A stretch of 41,318 nt of DNA from sequence record LN881738.1. One strand, written 5' to 3'. The notes under the pieces were generated by a model. It was not told where the DNA came from. It saw only the letters and a list, made by a program, of their open reading frames with translations, and did not search any database. Of the stretch, positions 1 through 9,984 are shown one piece after another. How positions within the stretch are numbered: the stretch's first letter is position 1; each line of letters opens with the position of its first letter. Source of the DNA: Clostridium phage slur17. The translations under genes were made by a program, and so were the position numbers.

Positions 1-595
1 TGTCTGTAACTTCTTTAGTTAGAGTATCTTTAGTAGTATTAACATCACTAATCATGCTGTTTTTAGCGTCTGTAACTTCTGTAACTTTAGAGTCGAAAGT
101 TTCTTTTATACTATTAAATTCTTCGACTCTTTTAATTTCTGCTTCTTTTCTTGCTTCTTCTGTTTCTTTTATTTCTTCTATGCCTTCGACGACTTCTTTT
201 ACTTGATTTATTGTAACGCTGATATAATCCCATTTCGGTTCTTCTGTAATACTGTTTTTATCTATACTTTTCTCTATATTAATCTTTAAAGAAAAAGTAG
301 TAACAACTAAATCATCTTTGTAGAAAGTAAACTCTACTATTACATCCCCCGCAACTTCTGTTATGTTATTTTCTATTATAGTTGTTGCAATAGAATTTTC
401 TATAGTACAGCTCTGATAAACTATTTTCCCGTCTGGTCTTTGAAAATTTGCTATAGCTGTATATCCTGTCAAATCTTTTTCTATATTATTTTCTAATAAA
501 TTAATCTTAAATTCTATTGCATTATCATATTGCTTATATTTTGCAACTTGGTAACTTTTAGTGTTAATATCTACTGTATAAATTCTATCTCTCAA
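1..595 (-). CDS. Tail fibre / baseplate upper protein-like, N-terminal part; 3' end runs off the window start
   Basis: Hand translation of the minus strand: SD AAAGGAG (604-610), TTG start at 593-595, open frame to position 1 (LRDRIYTVDINTKSYQVAKYKQYDNAIEFKINLLENN...EEARKEAEIKRVEEFNSIKETFDSKVTEVTDAKNSMISDVNTTKDTLTKEVTD). Globular N-terminus then a coiled-coil-like repeat region. Not in the ORF track, which does not report window-truncated ORFs. Sits directly downstream of Tal in the tail operon. Confidence 0.5.
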   Translation of the reverse strand, partial: MRDRIYTVDINTKSYQVAKYKQYDNAIEFKINLLENNIEKDLTGYTAIANFQRPDGKIVYQSCTIENSIATTIIENNITEVAGDVIVEFTFYKDDLVVTTFSLKINIEKSIDKNSITEEPKWDYISVTINQVKEVVEGIEEIKETEEARKEAEIKRVEEFNSIKETFDSKVTEVTDAKNSMISDVNTTKDTLTKEVTD

Positions 596-609
596 ATTTA
601 TCACTCCTT

Positions 610-852
610 TTACTCTACCATTTTTGGAGTAAATTCTTTTATTATTTCTTTTTCCTTTAATACAAATTTTCCGTTTTCAATTTTATAATCACGAGGATTT
701 AAAATTTCTGGAATATCCTCGACAACTATTTTATCTAATATTTGCCTATAATCCTCTTCCCTATCTGCAAAGCAGGTATAATCCTGCTCCATCTCTGATT
801 TTATGCAATTATATATTTCTCCAGTTCTCTTGCTGTAAAAAATAGTAACCAT
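610..852 (-). CDS. Hypothetical small tail-module protein
   Basis: 80-aa ORF tightly packed between Tal and the fibre gene on the same strand; no recognisable motif. Confidence 0.45.
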   Translation of the reverse strand: MVTIFYSKRTGEIYNCIKSEMEQDYTCFADREEDYRQILDKIVVEDIPEILNPRDYKIENGKFVLKEKEIIKEFTPKMVE

Positions 853-878
853 ACTTCTTCTCCTTTTTTTTGAAAATT

Positions 879-2678
879 TTAAGCATAAACATAGTATTGT
901 ACTGTAATAAATCCTTCTGAAAAAAAATTCATTCCGAGCCAGTAGCCTATTGTTTGGCTTCCTGACATTTCGTAAGACACACCTCGCACAGATGCAGAAA
1001 GTTCCAATTGTGGATTTGTATCACTTTTTTTTGCTGTCGCTGATGTGCTGAAATAACTTAAACAGCTACCATTTGTTGATGTAGACCTTATTGCACAAGT
1101 TGCTTTAAAATTTTTACCTGCAAATTTTTTTGGTAAGTCTATTATGATTTTTGAATCTTTATAATCAAAGTATGTGTATCCACTTTCTTGAAGATAATAT
1201 GACTCTGTTACATCTGAACCGGTGTAGAATTTTGTATATAGCCCCGAGTCGGTCATTTTTGTAAATCCCTTCCCGCTTATAAGTTTCAATCCTTCATCAT
1301 CAATAAGAACATAAGGACTTACACTATTAAAAGCAATTTTAAAAGTATTTGGGTTAAAATGAACATCTCCAAAACTATCAATTTCCATTGTTTTGACTCC
1401 ATTATCATTTACGACTACCATTTCTCTAGCATTTATATACATGCCTTTTAGCTGTCCAAACCAACCTCTATCTAGCTTCAACTCCCCAATTAATGCATCT
1501 GCTATTGCTCCTTTTTCTATCCACATAGTTCCATCGTCGATTTTTGTAGTCTGTGCTTCTACTTGATTAGAGAACTCTGTAACATTTCCATGCGAGTTTA
1601 CTGCTCTTACTCTGAAATACCAAGTTTGAAAAGGTTCAGCTTGATGAACGTAAGCACTTGCTTGCCCTACAAAAATTCGATTTGTAAAATTAATTGTATC
1701 TGGTACAAAGTCTTTAATTTGAGACGCATAAACTTCATATTTGTAATAAGACTTATTTGTAAATGTCCATGTTAGATTGATAAAAGCGAATAACCCCTCT
1801 GCTGTCAAAGCTGGTGTATTCGGTAAAGTGTCTGGAAACTCTGAATCATCTACTTTGACATTATCAATAGCTTTTTTTACTGTTTCTATTTTATTTTCTA
1901 TATTATTAAACTTGTTATTTAAAAAGTCTAAATGATTTATTAAATCGCCAACTTCAATACTATAGTATTTTCGATTTATTGGGCTATAGTCTGTTTTAAC
2001 TACTCTAGCAGTTGCGTTAATGTTTAAATTAAAATCTCGTATTATCACTTCATCACCTAGATTGACTGTTTCTAGCATTTTGTAATCTTTATAATTTATA
2101 GTTGTAGATAAATCTACGAAGTTGACTTTGTATAAAACTTTTGGTAAATCAACTTGATTGTATTTAAAATAGTCTTTGCATTTTTCTCTTAATTCTTCTT
2201 CAACACTGACCTCATCAGAACTAAAATCTATAGCAACAATCTTTTGGGTAGCATATTTATTCATATTAGGACTAACAATGTATTTTTCTGTCAATGTAAT
2301 CATTTCATCTTCGTAGACCGCATAAGGATATATTTTTGTTACAATATCTTGTGTATCATACTCCGCTTCAAGCCCTGTTATATTTTTTTTATATGCAAGT
2401 AGCACATTTTTACTCTCACCTCTTTGATAATTTAAGAAAACATTAAAATTATCAAAGAAAAGTTTCGCAGTTGGTTCAAATTTTTGAATTAGAGAATTTT
2501 CGCCCTCGCAGATTGCGCTGTAAGGGCTTTGCATTTCAATATTAATAGTATTCCTTGCCTTGATGTCTGAATGTCCTCTAAATCTGTTCTGTTCCTCACA
2601 AGCACGAAAGACTCTTTCTAAAGCTTCTTCGCAAGTAATATCGTTCAATTCCAAACTTTCTATGAAATTATTAAGCAA
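879..2678 (-). CDS. Tail tip protein (Tal-like, tail-associated endopeptidase-type) with FN3-like segment
   Basis: 599-aa ORF immediately after Dit and the tape measure; C-terminal stretch YFRVRAVNSHGNVTEFSNQV resembles a fibronectin type III strand pattern. The frame stays open for about 98 codons upstream of the annotated TTG (to 2999), so the true start is probably further upstream (see findings). Confidence 0.6.
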   Translation of the reverse strand: MLNNFIESLELNDITCEEALERVFRACEEQNRFRGHSDIKARNTINIEMQSPYSAICEGENSLIQKFEPTAKLFFDNFNVFLNYQRGESKNVLLAYKKNITGLEAEYDTQDIVTKIYPYAVYEDEMITLTEKYIVSPNMNKYATQKIVAIDFSSDEVSVEEELREKCKDYFKYNQVDLPKVLYKVNFVDLSTTINYKDYKMLETVNLGDEVIIRDFNLNINATARVVKTDYSPINRKYYSIEVGDLINHLDFLNNKFNNIENKIETVKKAIDNVKVDDSEFPDTLPNTPALTAEGLFAFINLTWTFTNKSYYKYEVYASQIKDFVPDTINFTNRIFVGQASAYVHQAEPFQTWYFRVRAVNSHGNVTEFSNQVEAQTTKIDDGTMWIEKGAIADALIGELKLDRGWFGQLKGMYINAREMVVVNDNGVKTMEIDSFGDVHFNPNTFKIAFNSVSPYVLIDDEGLKLISGKGFTKMTDSGLYTKFYTGSDVTESYYLQESGYTYFDYKDSKIIIDLPKKFAGKNFKATCAIRSTSTNGSCLSYFSTSATAKKSDTNPQLELSASVRGVSYEMSGSQTIGYWLGMNFFSEGFITVQYYVYA

Positions 2679-3007
2679 ATCATACTTAATGTGTTGCGCT
2701 TTTACATTAATATACCCACCTAGATTTTTTGATATATAATAAATTCTAAAAAGCTGGTCTTTGTAGTCGGGCGAAGTATCAGCTTTAATTAATCTATCTA
2801 CTTTTATTTCTTTAAATAAAAAAGAGTCTTCGTAGATAGTAAATTCTAACTCGAAAACTCCGCTTTCTTCCTCTCTAACATGGTCATTTATTACATTCGT
2901 AAGAACACCTAAACCTAAATGCCTAAAATCTGTTTCTTTTTCTTCATATAAAACTAATTTTCCTTTTTGAATAATTAATCCCTCCCTCCAAATTTTAATT
3001 TAAAACT

Positions 3008-3763
3008 TTATAAAATATTCCATCTAGGATTTATTTTTATGCTTTTTATATCCCCTTCCCAGCTAATCTGATTTTCTCCTTCTTCAAGTATGGGAAAGTC
3101 ACTAAAAAGCTTATTATTTTCATTTACAATAATGTTATTTTCTTTGTTTATTCTATATACATTCATCTGTTCGCTATCTATTATTAAGTCGCTTAAAATT
3201 CCATTTTCTGCCACCCCTCTTAGCACTATGCTTTGAGTATTTATTTTTATACTTATGTCCCCTGCTCCTTCTATATAGAGAACAGGTTTTGACTCTCTAT
3301 AGAAATTTGTTATAGTAGCACTCTTTAGATTTAATACATTTAAACTTATAATTTCTTCTTCTGCGTATCTAAAAGGGTAGCAGTCGAATGTTAAAAGACA
3401 TGATGCAAAGTTTTTAAAATTTCTAGTTATATCTAGTTTATTGTTACAGCTTGCTAGATAATAAAAGTCACTATTACTTAAAAAAAGTTTTTTATATGAT
3501 ATATCGCCCTGTAGCCATTTTTTTATTTCTGTTGCAACTTCTTCTATATTACTTTGTCTTGCATCTATATCGCATTCTATTGTAAGCGTAAAATTTTCAA
3601 AACCTTTTTTTAGTAGTAAATCTCCATCTTTGCCTGGCACACTCACTCTTTCAACTTCCATCTGTGGAGCTGATAAGTCGTTTATATTGTATATTTTTAA
3701 ACCAAATTCTCTGCTGTCTCGACCGTTATAAACGAAAAACATAGCTTTATGCCCTCCTCTCAT
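3008..3763 (-). CDS. Distal tail protein (Dit-like)
   Basis: 251-aa ORF directly downstream of the tape measure gene, the canonical Dit position in siphovirus tail modules; call by synteny only. Confidence 0.55.
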   Translation of the reverse strand: MRGGHKAMFFVYNGRDSREFGLKIYNINDLSAPQMEVERVSVPGKDGDLLLKKGFENFTLTIECDIDARQSNIEEVATEIKKWLQGDISYKKLFLSNSDFYYLASCNNKLDITRNFKNFASCLLTFDCYPFRYAEEEIISLNVLNLKSATITNFYRESKPVLYIEGAGDISIKINTQSIVLRGVAENGILSDLIIDSEQMNVYRINKENNIIVNENNKLFSDFPILEEGENQISWEGDIKSIKINPRWNIL

Positions 3764-3862
3764 TTATTATTTTTTAGACATAACTCCGTTTTTGTAGTTA
3801 TATTTTTTACTATAGTCTTTTCAAAAAAGATAAAAGGAAATATAAAAAAGAAAAGGAACATT

Positions 3863-6800
3863 TTATAAAGCTCCTTTTCTTTTTGCTAAGAACAATATTT
3901 CATCAAAAAGATTTTCTATATCTTGTTGTCTATTATTTACAAAGTTTTCTATATTAAGTTTAATACCTGCTTGATTTTCATTAGCTTCATCAGCCTTATT
4001 ATTACTCATTATAGCTGTTTCTTTTCCAGCTTTAAAATCTGTACTTGCAACTATATTAGCTTGTATTTTAGACGTTTCAAAATTAACTGTAGCTTTTAAT
4101 TTACCTGTAAGTTCAGATATATTTTTCTCTATTTTTTCTTTCAAGCCTGGCGTTTCTACATCTATTCCAACGCCGACCCCTTTTACAAGATTTCTACCAA
4201 TTAAATCTCGCATGATTATGGAAGGTGAATGCACTCCAAAGCCGTCTCTAAATCCATCTATAACATTACTAGCAAAATCAAGGACTTGGTCTTTTAACCA
4301 GCCACCCATGCCCGTTATACCTTCCCATAAGCCTCTTACAACATCTTTCCCGATACTCATAATTTTACTAGGCAAATCTTTCAAAGCATCCTTAACAGCA
4401 TTTGCCATATTTTTTCCAGCTTCTCCAGCTTGTTTGACTAAGTTAGTCCCCCAGCTTATGACATTTGAAATGATATTGTCTAGCCATTCTCTAAATTTTC
4501 CTGGAAGCTGGCTAACAGTATTGTATATATTGTTAAAAAAGTTTTTCGCTGTTTCTAAAGCTTTTTTAGATAAATTAACTTCCCACTCCATGACTTTTTG
4601 CATTATATTAGTTAATTTTTCCCATATTTTGCCCGGAAGTTCTGAAAAGAATTTCATTATATTTTCTAAGAATTTGCTTCCTGTTTCTAATGCTTTTTGA
4701 ATTAGATTAGAACCCCATTCCGAAACTTTTCCCATGATATCTGTAAACTTTTCCCATAATTTTCCCGGAAGCTCCGAAATTGGAATTAATACATTGTCAA
4801 CAAATTGATTAAAAATATCTGTTGCCAATTGCTTTAAATTTTCGCCCCAGCCACTTATTGTTTCTACTACTGTATTAAACCATTCCGAAATTCTTTCGGG
4901 TAGCTCTGTAAAAAACTGTGTTATATTTTCCCAAATTGCACCAAAAAACTCTGAAACAGAAACCTTGAAATTTTCGCCCCAAGTTTGAATATTTTGCAAT
5001 ATGATACTAAAAAATTCCGAAATTTTTTCCGGAAGGCTTACAAACCATTCGACAATGCTATTTATTATTTCTGGTAATGTTTCTGTTGCCCAGGCGTACA
5101 GATTAGCTCCTAAATCAACGAAAAAACCAGCAATAGACCCGATTACAAAACCAATATTATATGGAATTTGTTTAAACCATTCGACAATATTATTTATTAT
5201 AGCTGGCATTGTCTCATTAAAGAAACTTGATATTTTTTCTCCTATTTTCCCACATTCTTCTTTTATCTTGTCGCCAATACCCGCAAACCATTTTGGTACT
5301 GTGCTAGTAAAAAAGTCTAAACCACTTTTTAATCCGCTTCCAATTGCATCTCCAATTTTTGACCCAGTCTCTTTGAACCAATTGCTAAGACCGCCGAAAA
5401 TCTCTACAGCTTTATCTTTTATACTTGAAAAACCTTGCTGTGCCTTATCTCCAAACTCTGTAAAAAAGTCTCCAGCTCCTGCAAATCCTTCACTTATTTT
5501 ATTTCCAAGACCACCAAAAAATCCACCTATATTTTCAATTCCTTCTTTGAATTTATCTTTTACTTTAGAGAAGAAATCACCAATAGAATTTTTTGCACTA
5601 GCTAGCCACTCATTTATATTTTTGTCTGTATCTCTTAGCCATTTTTCTATTCCACCAAAAAAACCACCAATGCCATTGAACCCTTTTTTTATACTTTCAG
5701 ATAATTTACTAGCTGAATCCCCAACTTTAGGGACTGTTCCTGTTACGAGTTCATCACTGACAAGTTCTAAGCCTTCAACAGAAGTTTTAACATCATCTAT
5801 GCCATCAGCATATTCTTCTAGTTCTCCAGCGTCCAGTTTGGCAGAACCAGAATCCAAAGAGGAACTTTTAGCAGATGAGTCTACATCCCCTCCACTTGCG
5901 CTAGAAGTATTAGCTTTTTCTTTTAGTTTCTCATATTCTTCTAACTTTTTCTTCAATCTATCAAGCTCTTTTTCTTGTGCTGGTATAATCTCTTTTAAGT
6001 TAATAGCTTCCTTTACAGCTTCCTGGATAGATTGCTTTTTAGAGTTAACTCCATTTAACAAACTATCTGCTAAACTCTGCCCTGCATCCTGCCAATGCGG
6101 GTTATATTCACTTAAAAGTTTTATAATTTCTTCTGAATTTTTTTGTAAAAGTAGCCTTCTCGCTTCATTTTGAATATTTGTCTCTTCTAAAAGTTCACTA
6201 AAATATTTTTCAATTTCTTCTTTTTGACTAGCATTAGACTCTTTTATCAATTCAAGTTTTTTACTTTCTGCTTCTTTTTGATTGTCGTACTCTTCTTTGT
6301 ACTGCTCTTTTTTGTTACTAGCTTCTGTTTTTATATTTTCAATCTGTTCTTTTAATCTGTTTTTTTCTTGTTGCCTTTGTTCATCTAATAATTTCTTCTG
6401 TCTATCTGATTGTGCTTCTGATATTTCTTTTTGTATTTTTTCTCGTTCTTTTTGATTTTTAGCTGTTGCTAGTTTCCTGTCAAGGTCGCTTATTTTTTCA
6501 TTGTACGCTTTCTCTTCTTCTGCTTTTTGTTCTTCTTCAATTTGCTTGTCTATGGCGTCAATTTGTTCTTGTATAGCATTAGTTTTCTCATTTGTTTCTG
6601 TATCTAAATACTTTAATTTCTCATTGTATTCTTTTTCATAGACCTTTAATCTATCATTTGATGCCTTTTCCTCAACTTTTAGTCTTTCATCAAGCGCTTT
6701 TATTTGTATATCTTTTTGACTTTCATATTGATTTTTTAATGCTGTAGTTATAGCCTCGCAAATTTTTTCAAATTTACTCTTGTTGGTCTCAAGATTTTTT

Positions 6801-9166
6801 TCCATAGCACTTATTAATTCTTTTGTTGCCTCTACTACATCTTTGCTTGTATTTTTTATACCATTAGCAAATCCAATGCCTGCAAATTCTCCAAGTTCTG
6901 TTGTAACTTTAGACGGTGAATGTATTCTTAGTACTTTTTTAAATGTATTAACTACAGTTAAACCGATATTTTTTACAGTATCTACAACCAAACCGATACC
7001 GCTCGAAAGCCCATTTATTATCCCAGCTATTATGTTTTTTCCAAAGGTAACAAAGCCTTTTACAACACTAGAAAAGAAACTAAAAACCTTATTTTTAAAA
7101 CTTACACAACTATTATAAATAGCTTTAAATCCATTTACAAAAGGGCTTAATAACATACTTCCTATACTTTTCCAGTTATTTTTAATAAAACTTAAAACAT
7201 TTTTAAAGATGCCTACAATTTTGTTAAATATAGAATTTACAGTGTTTCTAAAACCTTCACAATTATCGTAAATTAATTTAAATGCTCCAATGAACGGATT
7301 TACTAAAATTAATAATAAGCCTTGCCAGTTACTCTTAATAAAAGACATTGTTTTGCTTAAAGCATCTTTAATGCTGTTAAATAATTTATTTATAGTATTT
7401 CTAAAACCTTCGCAATTATCATAGATTAATTTAAAACCACCAATGAAGGGATTAACAAGTAATAGAGCCAATCCTTGCCAATTTTCTTTTGCAAAGTCTA
7501 TAAATTTACTCATAGCTTGCGGTATTGTTTCAGTAAAGAATTTAGCAATTTGACCGAATATTTTCTCCCCAACTTCTTTAATATTATTCCAAATATTTAT
7601 AACGGCATCTCTGAAACCCTCATTGTTTTTCCAGAGCGATACGAATCCCGCAATCAAAGCCCCTACTGCTACTATAGTTAAACCAATCGGACCACCAAGC
7701 GCCGTTAATGCACCCTTCCACAAATTAGTTGCTACTTGCGCTAAACTTATTTTTTTTGTAACTAATCCAACTATAGTTTCATACAGCGTTAACGTAGTTC
7801 CTGATTCTGCCATCCCTGTGACGAACAGCCTTACAGCAAGTTGCGCATCTGTAAAGCTTTTTTGTATACCCCTTACAATTCCAGCAATTTTTAATCCAGC
7901 GAAAGCAACTCCAATCCCTGTTATCAAAGGAGCTACAAGGCTACCATGCTGAATCAAGAAGGTTATAACATTGATTAAAGGGGTTAATGCTAAAGATATT
8001 AACTTTACAACTGTTCCAATTAACGCACCAATGCTTTCTGCTGTACTTCTTATAGCATTTTTTGTATTTTCGTTTTGAAAAGCCTTAGCAAATTTATTTG
8101 CCAAATCATTTAAAACAGGAAGCAATCCCTCTGCAATTGGAAGAAGTAAATTAACCTGCATTTGCCTTCCAATTCCTGTTATCGCTTCTCCGAAACTATT
8201 GTATTTTATCTTATTAATTTCTTCTAATTTATCTTTTGAACTGCTTATACTTCCTTCGATATTTGTTAGCGCTGTTACTGCATCCGCTTCCAAATCCTCA
8301 AACTTAGTACCAAAGAGTTGTACACCTATCTGATTTTTTAATACATTATCATCTAAATTATTTAAAGCCGTTGTAACCTCAACAAAAGCCTCTTTTGCAC
8401 TACTTCCACCATTTGCAAATTTCTTAGTTAGTTCGTCAGCATTAAAACCGAGCGCCTCAAAAGCTTCCTTAGTTCCATTCGAACCGTCTTTAGCCCTAAT
8501 ATTAAATTCTTTCAAAGCGTCATTTAGATAGTCTATTTGATAGACTCCACTCTCTGCCCCGTTTTTCATCATATTAAACATTTCTTCTGCTGAAAAACCC
8601 ATCTGTGCGTAATATGTCGAATATTCTGCTAACTGGTCTCCGAGGTCATCATTCTGATTTAATCCTTGTTGTGCTCCCTGTGCAATCAAGTTGTACGACT
8701 CTTTTGCGCTAATACCAAATTGGCGCATCATGGAGTTTACGCCATTTAAACTTTCCCCAACATCCATGTCGAAAGTATCCCGCATCATAATCGCACTTTC
8801 AGTAACTTCTTGAATATTGCTAGCGTCTATCCCATCAAGCTTTTGAGATATTAAACTCATAACTTCGCTTATATCGCCCATGTCCTCGCCAAAATTATTT
8901 GCATAGACCTGCTGTAGCGCTTCTCCAAAGCCTTTTGCCTTAGCTTCCGCATTTCCCGTTGCTGACTCGAAACCATTCATTGCCTTTTGGTATTCATCCC
9001 CAAAGTCAATAGCCTGTTTTCCTATAGCTCCCAGACTTGCGCCAATTCCAGCTATCGCAAGAGCGCTTTTTGCTTTCTTCTTCATAGTATCAGCTAAGTT
9101 ATTAAGTTGTTTCTCTGCATCTTCGGTATTTAAAAGGGTATCTATAATAATAGAACCATCTGCCAT
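3863..9166 (-). CDS. Tail tape measure protein
   Basis: 1767-aa protein with N-terminal helical region, long Glu/Lys-rich coiled coil, several hydrophobic segments and multiple internal tandem repeats (IYDNCEGFRNT units; W..E....LPGK units); lies between tail chaperones and Dit. Confidence 0.9.
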   Translation of the reverse strand: MADGSIIIDTLLNTEDAEKQLNNLADTMKKKAKSALAIAGIGASLGAIGKQAIDFGDEYQKAMNGFESATGNAEAKAKGFGEALQQVYANNFGEDMGDISEVMSLISQKLDGIDASNIQEVTESAIMMRDTFDMDVGESLNGVNSMMRQFGISAKESYNLIAQGAQQGLNQNDDLGDQLAEYSTYYAQMGFSAEEMFNMMKNGAESGVYQIDYLNDALKEFNIRAKDGSNGTKEAFEALGFNADELTKKFANGGSSAKEAFVEVTTALNNLDDNVLKNQIGVQLFGTKFEDLEADAVTALTNIEGSISSSKDKLEEINKIKYNSFGEAITGIGRQMQVNLLLPIAEGLLPVLNDLANKFAKAFQNENTKNAIRSTAESIGALIGTVVKLISLALTPLINVITFLIQHGSLVAPLITGIGVAFAGLKIAGIVRGIQKSFTDAQLAVRLFVTGMAESGTTLTLYETIVGLVTKKISLAQVATNLWKGALTALGGPIGLTIVAVGALIAGFVSLWKNNEGFRDAVINIWNNIKEVGEKIFGQIAKFFTETIPQAMSKFIDFAKENWQGLALLLVNPFIGGFKLIYDNCEGFRNTINKLFNSIKDALSKTMSFIKSNWQGLLLILVNPFIGAFKLIYDNCEGFRNTVNSIFNKIVGIFKNVLSFIKNNWKSIGSMLLSPFVNGFKAIYNSCVSFKNKVFSFFSSVVKGFVTFGKNIIAGIINGLSSGIGLVVDTVKNIGLTVVNTFKKVLRIHSPSKVTTELGEFAGIGFANGIKNTSKDVVEATKELISAMEKNLETNKSKFEKICEAITTALKNQYESQKDIQIKALDERLKVEEKASNDRLKVYEKEYNEKLKYLDTETNEKTNAIQEQIDAIDKQIEEEQKAEEEKAYNEKISDLDRKLATAKNQKEREKIQKEISEAQSDRQKKLLDEQRQQEKNRLKEQIENIKTEASNKKEQYKEEYDNQKEAESKKLELIKESNASQKEEIEKYFSELLEETNIQNEARRLLLQKNSEEIIKLLSEYNPHWQDAGQSLADSLLNGVNSKKQSIQEAVKEAINLKEIIPAQEKELDRLKKKLEEYEKLKEKANTSSASGGDVDSSAKSSSLDSGSAKLDAGELEEYADGIDDVKTSVEGLELVSDELVTGTVPKVGDSASKLSESIKKGFNGIGGFFGGIEKWLRDTDKNINEWLASAKNSIGDFFSKVKDKFKEGIENIGGFFGGLGNKISEGFAGAGDFFTEFGDKAQQGFSSIKDKAVEIFGGLSNWFKETGSKIGDAIGSGLKSGLDFFTSTVPKWFAGIGDKIKEECGKIGEKISSFFNETMPAIINNIVEWFKQIPYNIGFVIGSIAGFFVDLGANLYAWATETLPEIINSIVEWFVSLPEKISEFFSIILQNIQTWGENFKVSVSEFFGAIWENITQFFTELPERISEWFNTVVETISGWGENLKQLATDIFNQFVDNVLIPISELPGKLWEKFTDIMGKVSEWGSNLIQKALETGSKFLENIMKFFSELPGKIWEKLTNIMQKVMEWEVNLSKKALETAKNFFNNIYNTVSQLPGKFREWLDNIISNVISWGTNLVKQAGEAGKNMANAVKDALKDLPSKIMSIGKDVVRGLWEGITGMGGWLKDQVLDFASNVIDGFRDGFGVHSPSIIMRDLIGRNLVKGVGVGIDVETPGLKEKIEKNISELTGKLKATVNFETSKIQANIVASTDFKAGKETAIMSNNKADEANENQAGIKLNIENFVNNRQQDIENLFDEILFLAKRKGAL

Positions 9167-9196
9167 TTATTCACCCCCTTTTTATAAATTTGCATT

Positions 9197-9235
9197 AAAA
9201 AAGCACCTACTTTTTAAAAAAGTAAGTGCTTTTTA
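9197..9235 (-). terminator. Intrinsic terminator-like hairpin between DUF4236-like gene and tape measure gene
   Basis: 10-bp stem (9202-9211 / 9221-9230, one C-A mismatch), 9-nt loop, A-run 9197-9201 and T-run 9231-9235, so it could act in either direction. Confidence 0.45.
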
Positions 9236-9271
9236 TTTAAATCTTCTACTATATTTTTCTCTTTACAAATA

Positions 9272-9913
9272 TTAATCTTGTTTTTTAACATCATTTAATA
9301 GTTGTTTATATAGCCTATTAAGCTTAGTTTTATTATCATTATTTAAATGCTCTTTATAATCTATTGCTAAACTAGAGAATTTATAAGCATTGTTCATGCG
9401 AGCCTTTTCAGTTTTTAGTTCTTTCAATTTACTAGACATTTCATTGTAGTATCTAGTCAAAAAGTCATTTATAGTATCAGTCTTTTTTGCTATTATGCTG
9501 TCTAGCATCTGGCTAGGAGATTGACCAGAAAAGTTTAAGTTATCCTCTATGGCAACTAAGGCATATGATTTATCTAACAACATATTATATCTATAAAAAA
9601 ATGTTTTAGGGTCTTTTGTAGTATTAACTATATTAGCACAATCGTTTATTATTTTTAATAGCTGTTGAGCCTGCCTACTACTCTCCGAGCCTCCTGCACT
9701 CTTACCATTTTTCTTTTTACCTCCACCTAGTTGAGTTGTTTCTTGATAATATAAGCCACTTCCAGGAACTCCCAAAGTCGTCGTAGCTTTCCCTTTAGAA
9801 TTAACTGAAACTCTAGCACCTTTAACGCCACCGCTAACACTAACACTATTTTTATTAATATTTAACTTCAATCCACCGCCTAGATTTATGCTTTTTCTAA
9901 ATTTAAATCCCAT
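9272..9913 (-). CDS. DUF4236-like protein, probable moron inserted in the tail module
   Basis: N-terminus MGFKFRKSINLGGGLKLNINKNSVSVSGGVKGARVSVNSKG matches the Gly-rich repeat pattern I recall for DUF4236; followed by Gly/Lys-rich linker and helical C-terminus; has its own downstream hairpin. Confidence 0.5.
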   Translation of the reverse strand: MGFKFRKSINLGGGLKLNINKNSVSVSGGVKGARVSVNSKGKATTTLGVPGSGLYYQETTQLGGGKKKNGKSAGGSESSRQAQQLLKIINDCANIVNTTKDPKTFFYRYNMLLDKSYALVAIEDNLNFSGQSPSQMLDSIIAKKTDTINDFLTRYYNEMSSKLKELKTEKARMNNAYKFSSLAIDYKEHLNNDNKTKLNRLYKQLLNDVKKQD

Positions 9914-9984
9914 AACAATCCCCCCAAATTAAAATATTTATATAATAATTATATATTAATTCGGAAGGTGTAGAGTATATTATT

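Noticed and set aside
1-155. Simple circular assembly overlap between contig ends
   Set aside because: Identity is confined to 29-127 versus 41192-41290 and does not extend to the actual termini; directly joining 41318 to 1 produces a frame clash in the fibre gene.
1563-1775. Plus-strand 70-aa ORF inside the Tal gene
   Set aside because: Fully embedded antisense to the Tal coding region; no SD; low-complexity translation.
4212-7952. Plus-strand ORFs inside the tape measure gene (4212-4700, 5001-6173, 6780-7118, 7475-7681, 7623-7952)
   Set aside because: Antisense to a 1767-aa gene with clear repeat and coiled-coil structure; their translations are low-complexity Ser/Pro/Phe/Leu-rich, typical of spurious reverse frames.
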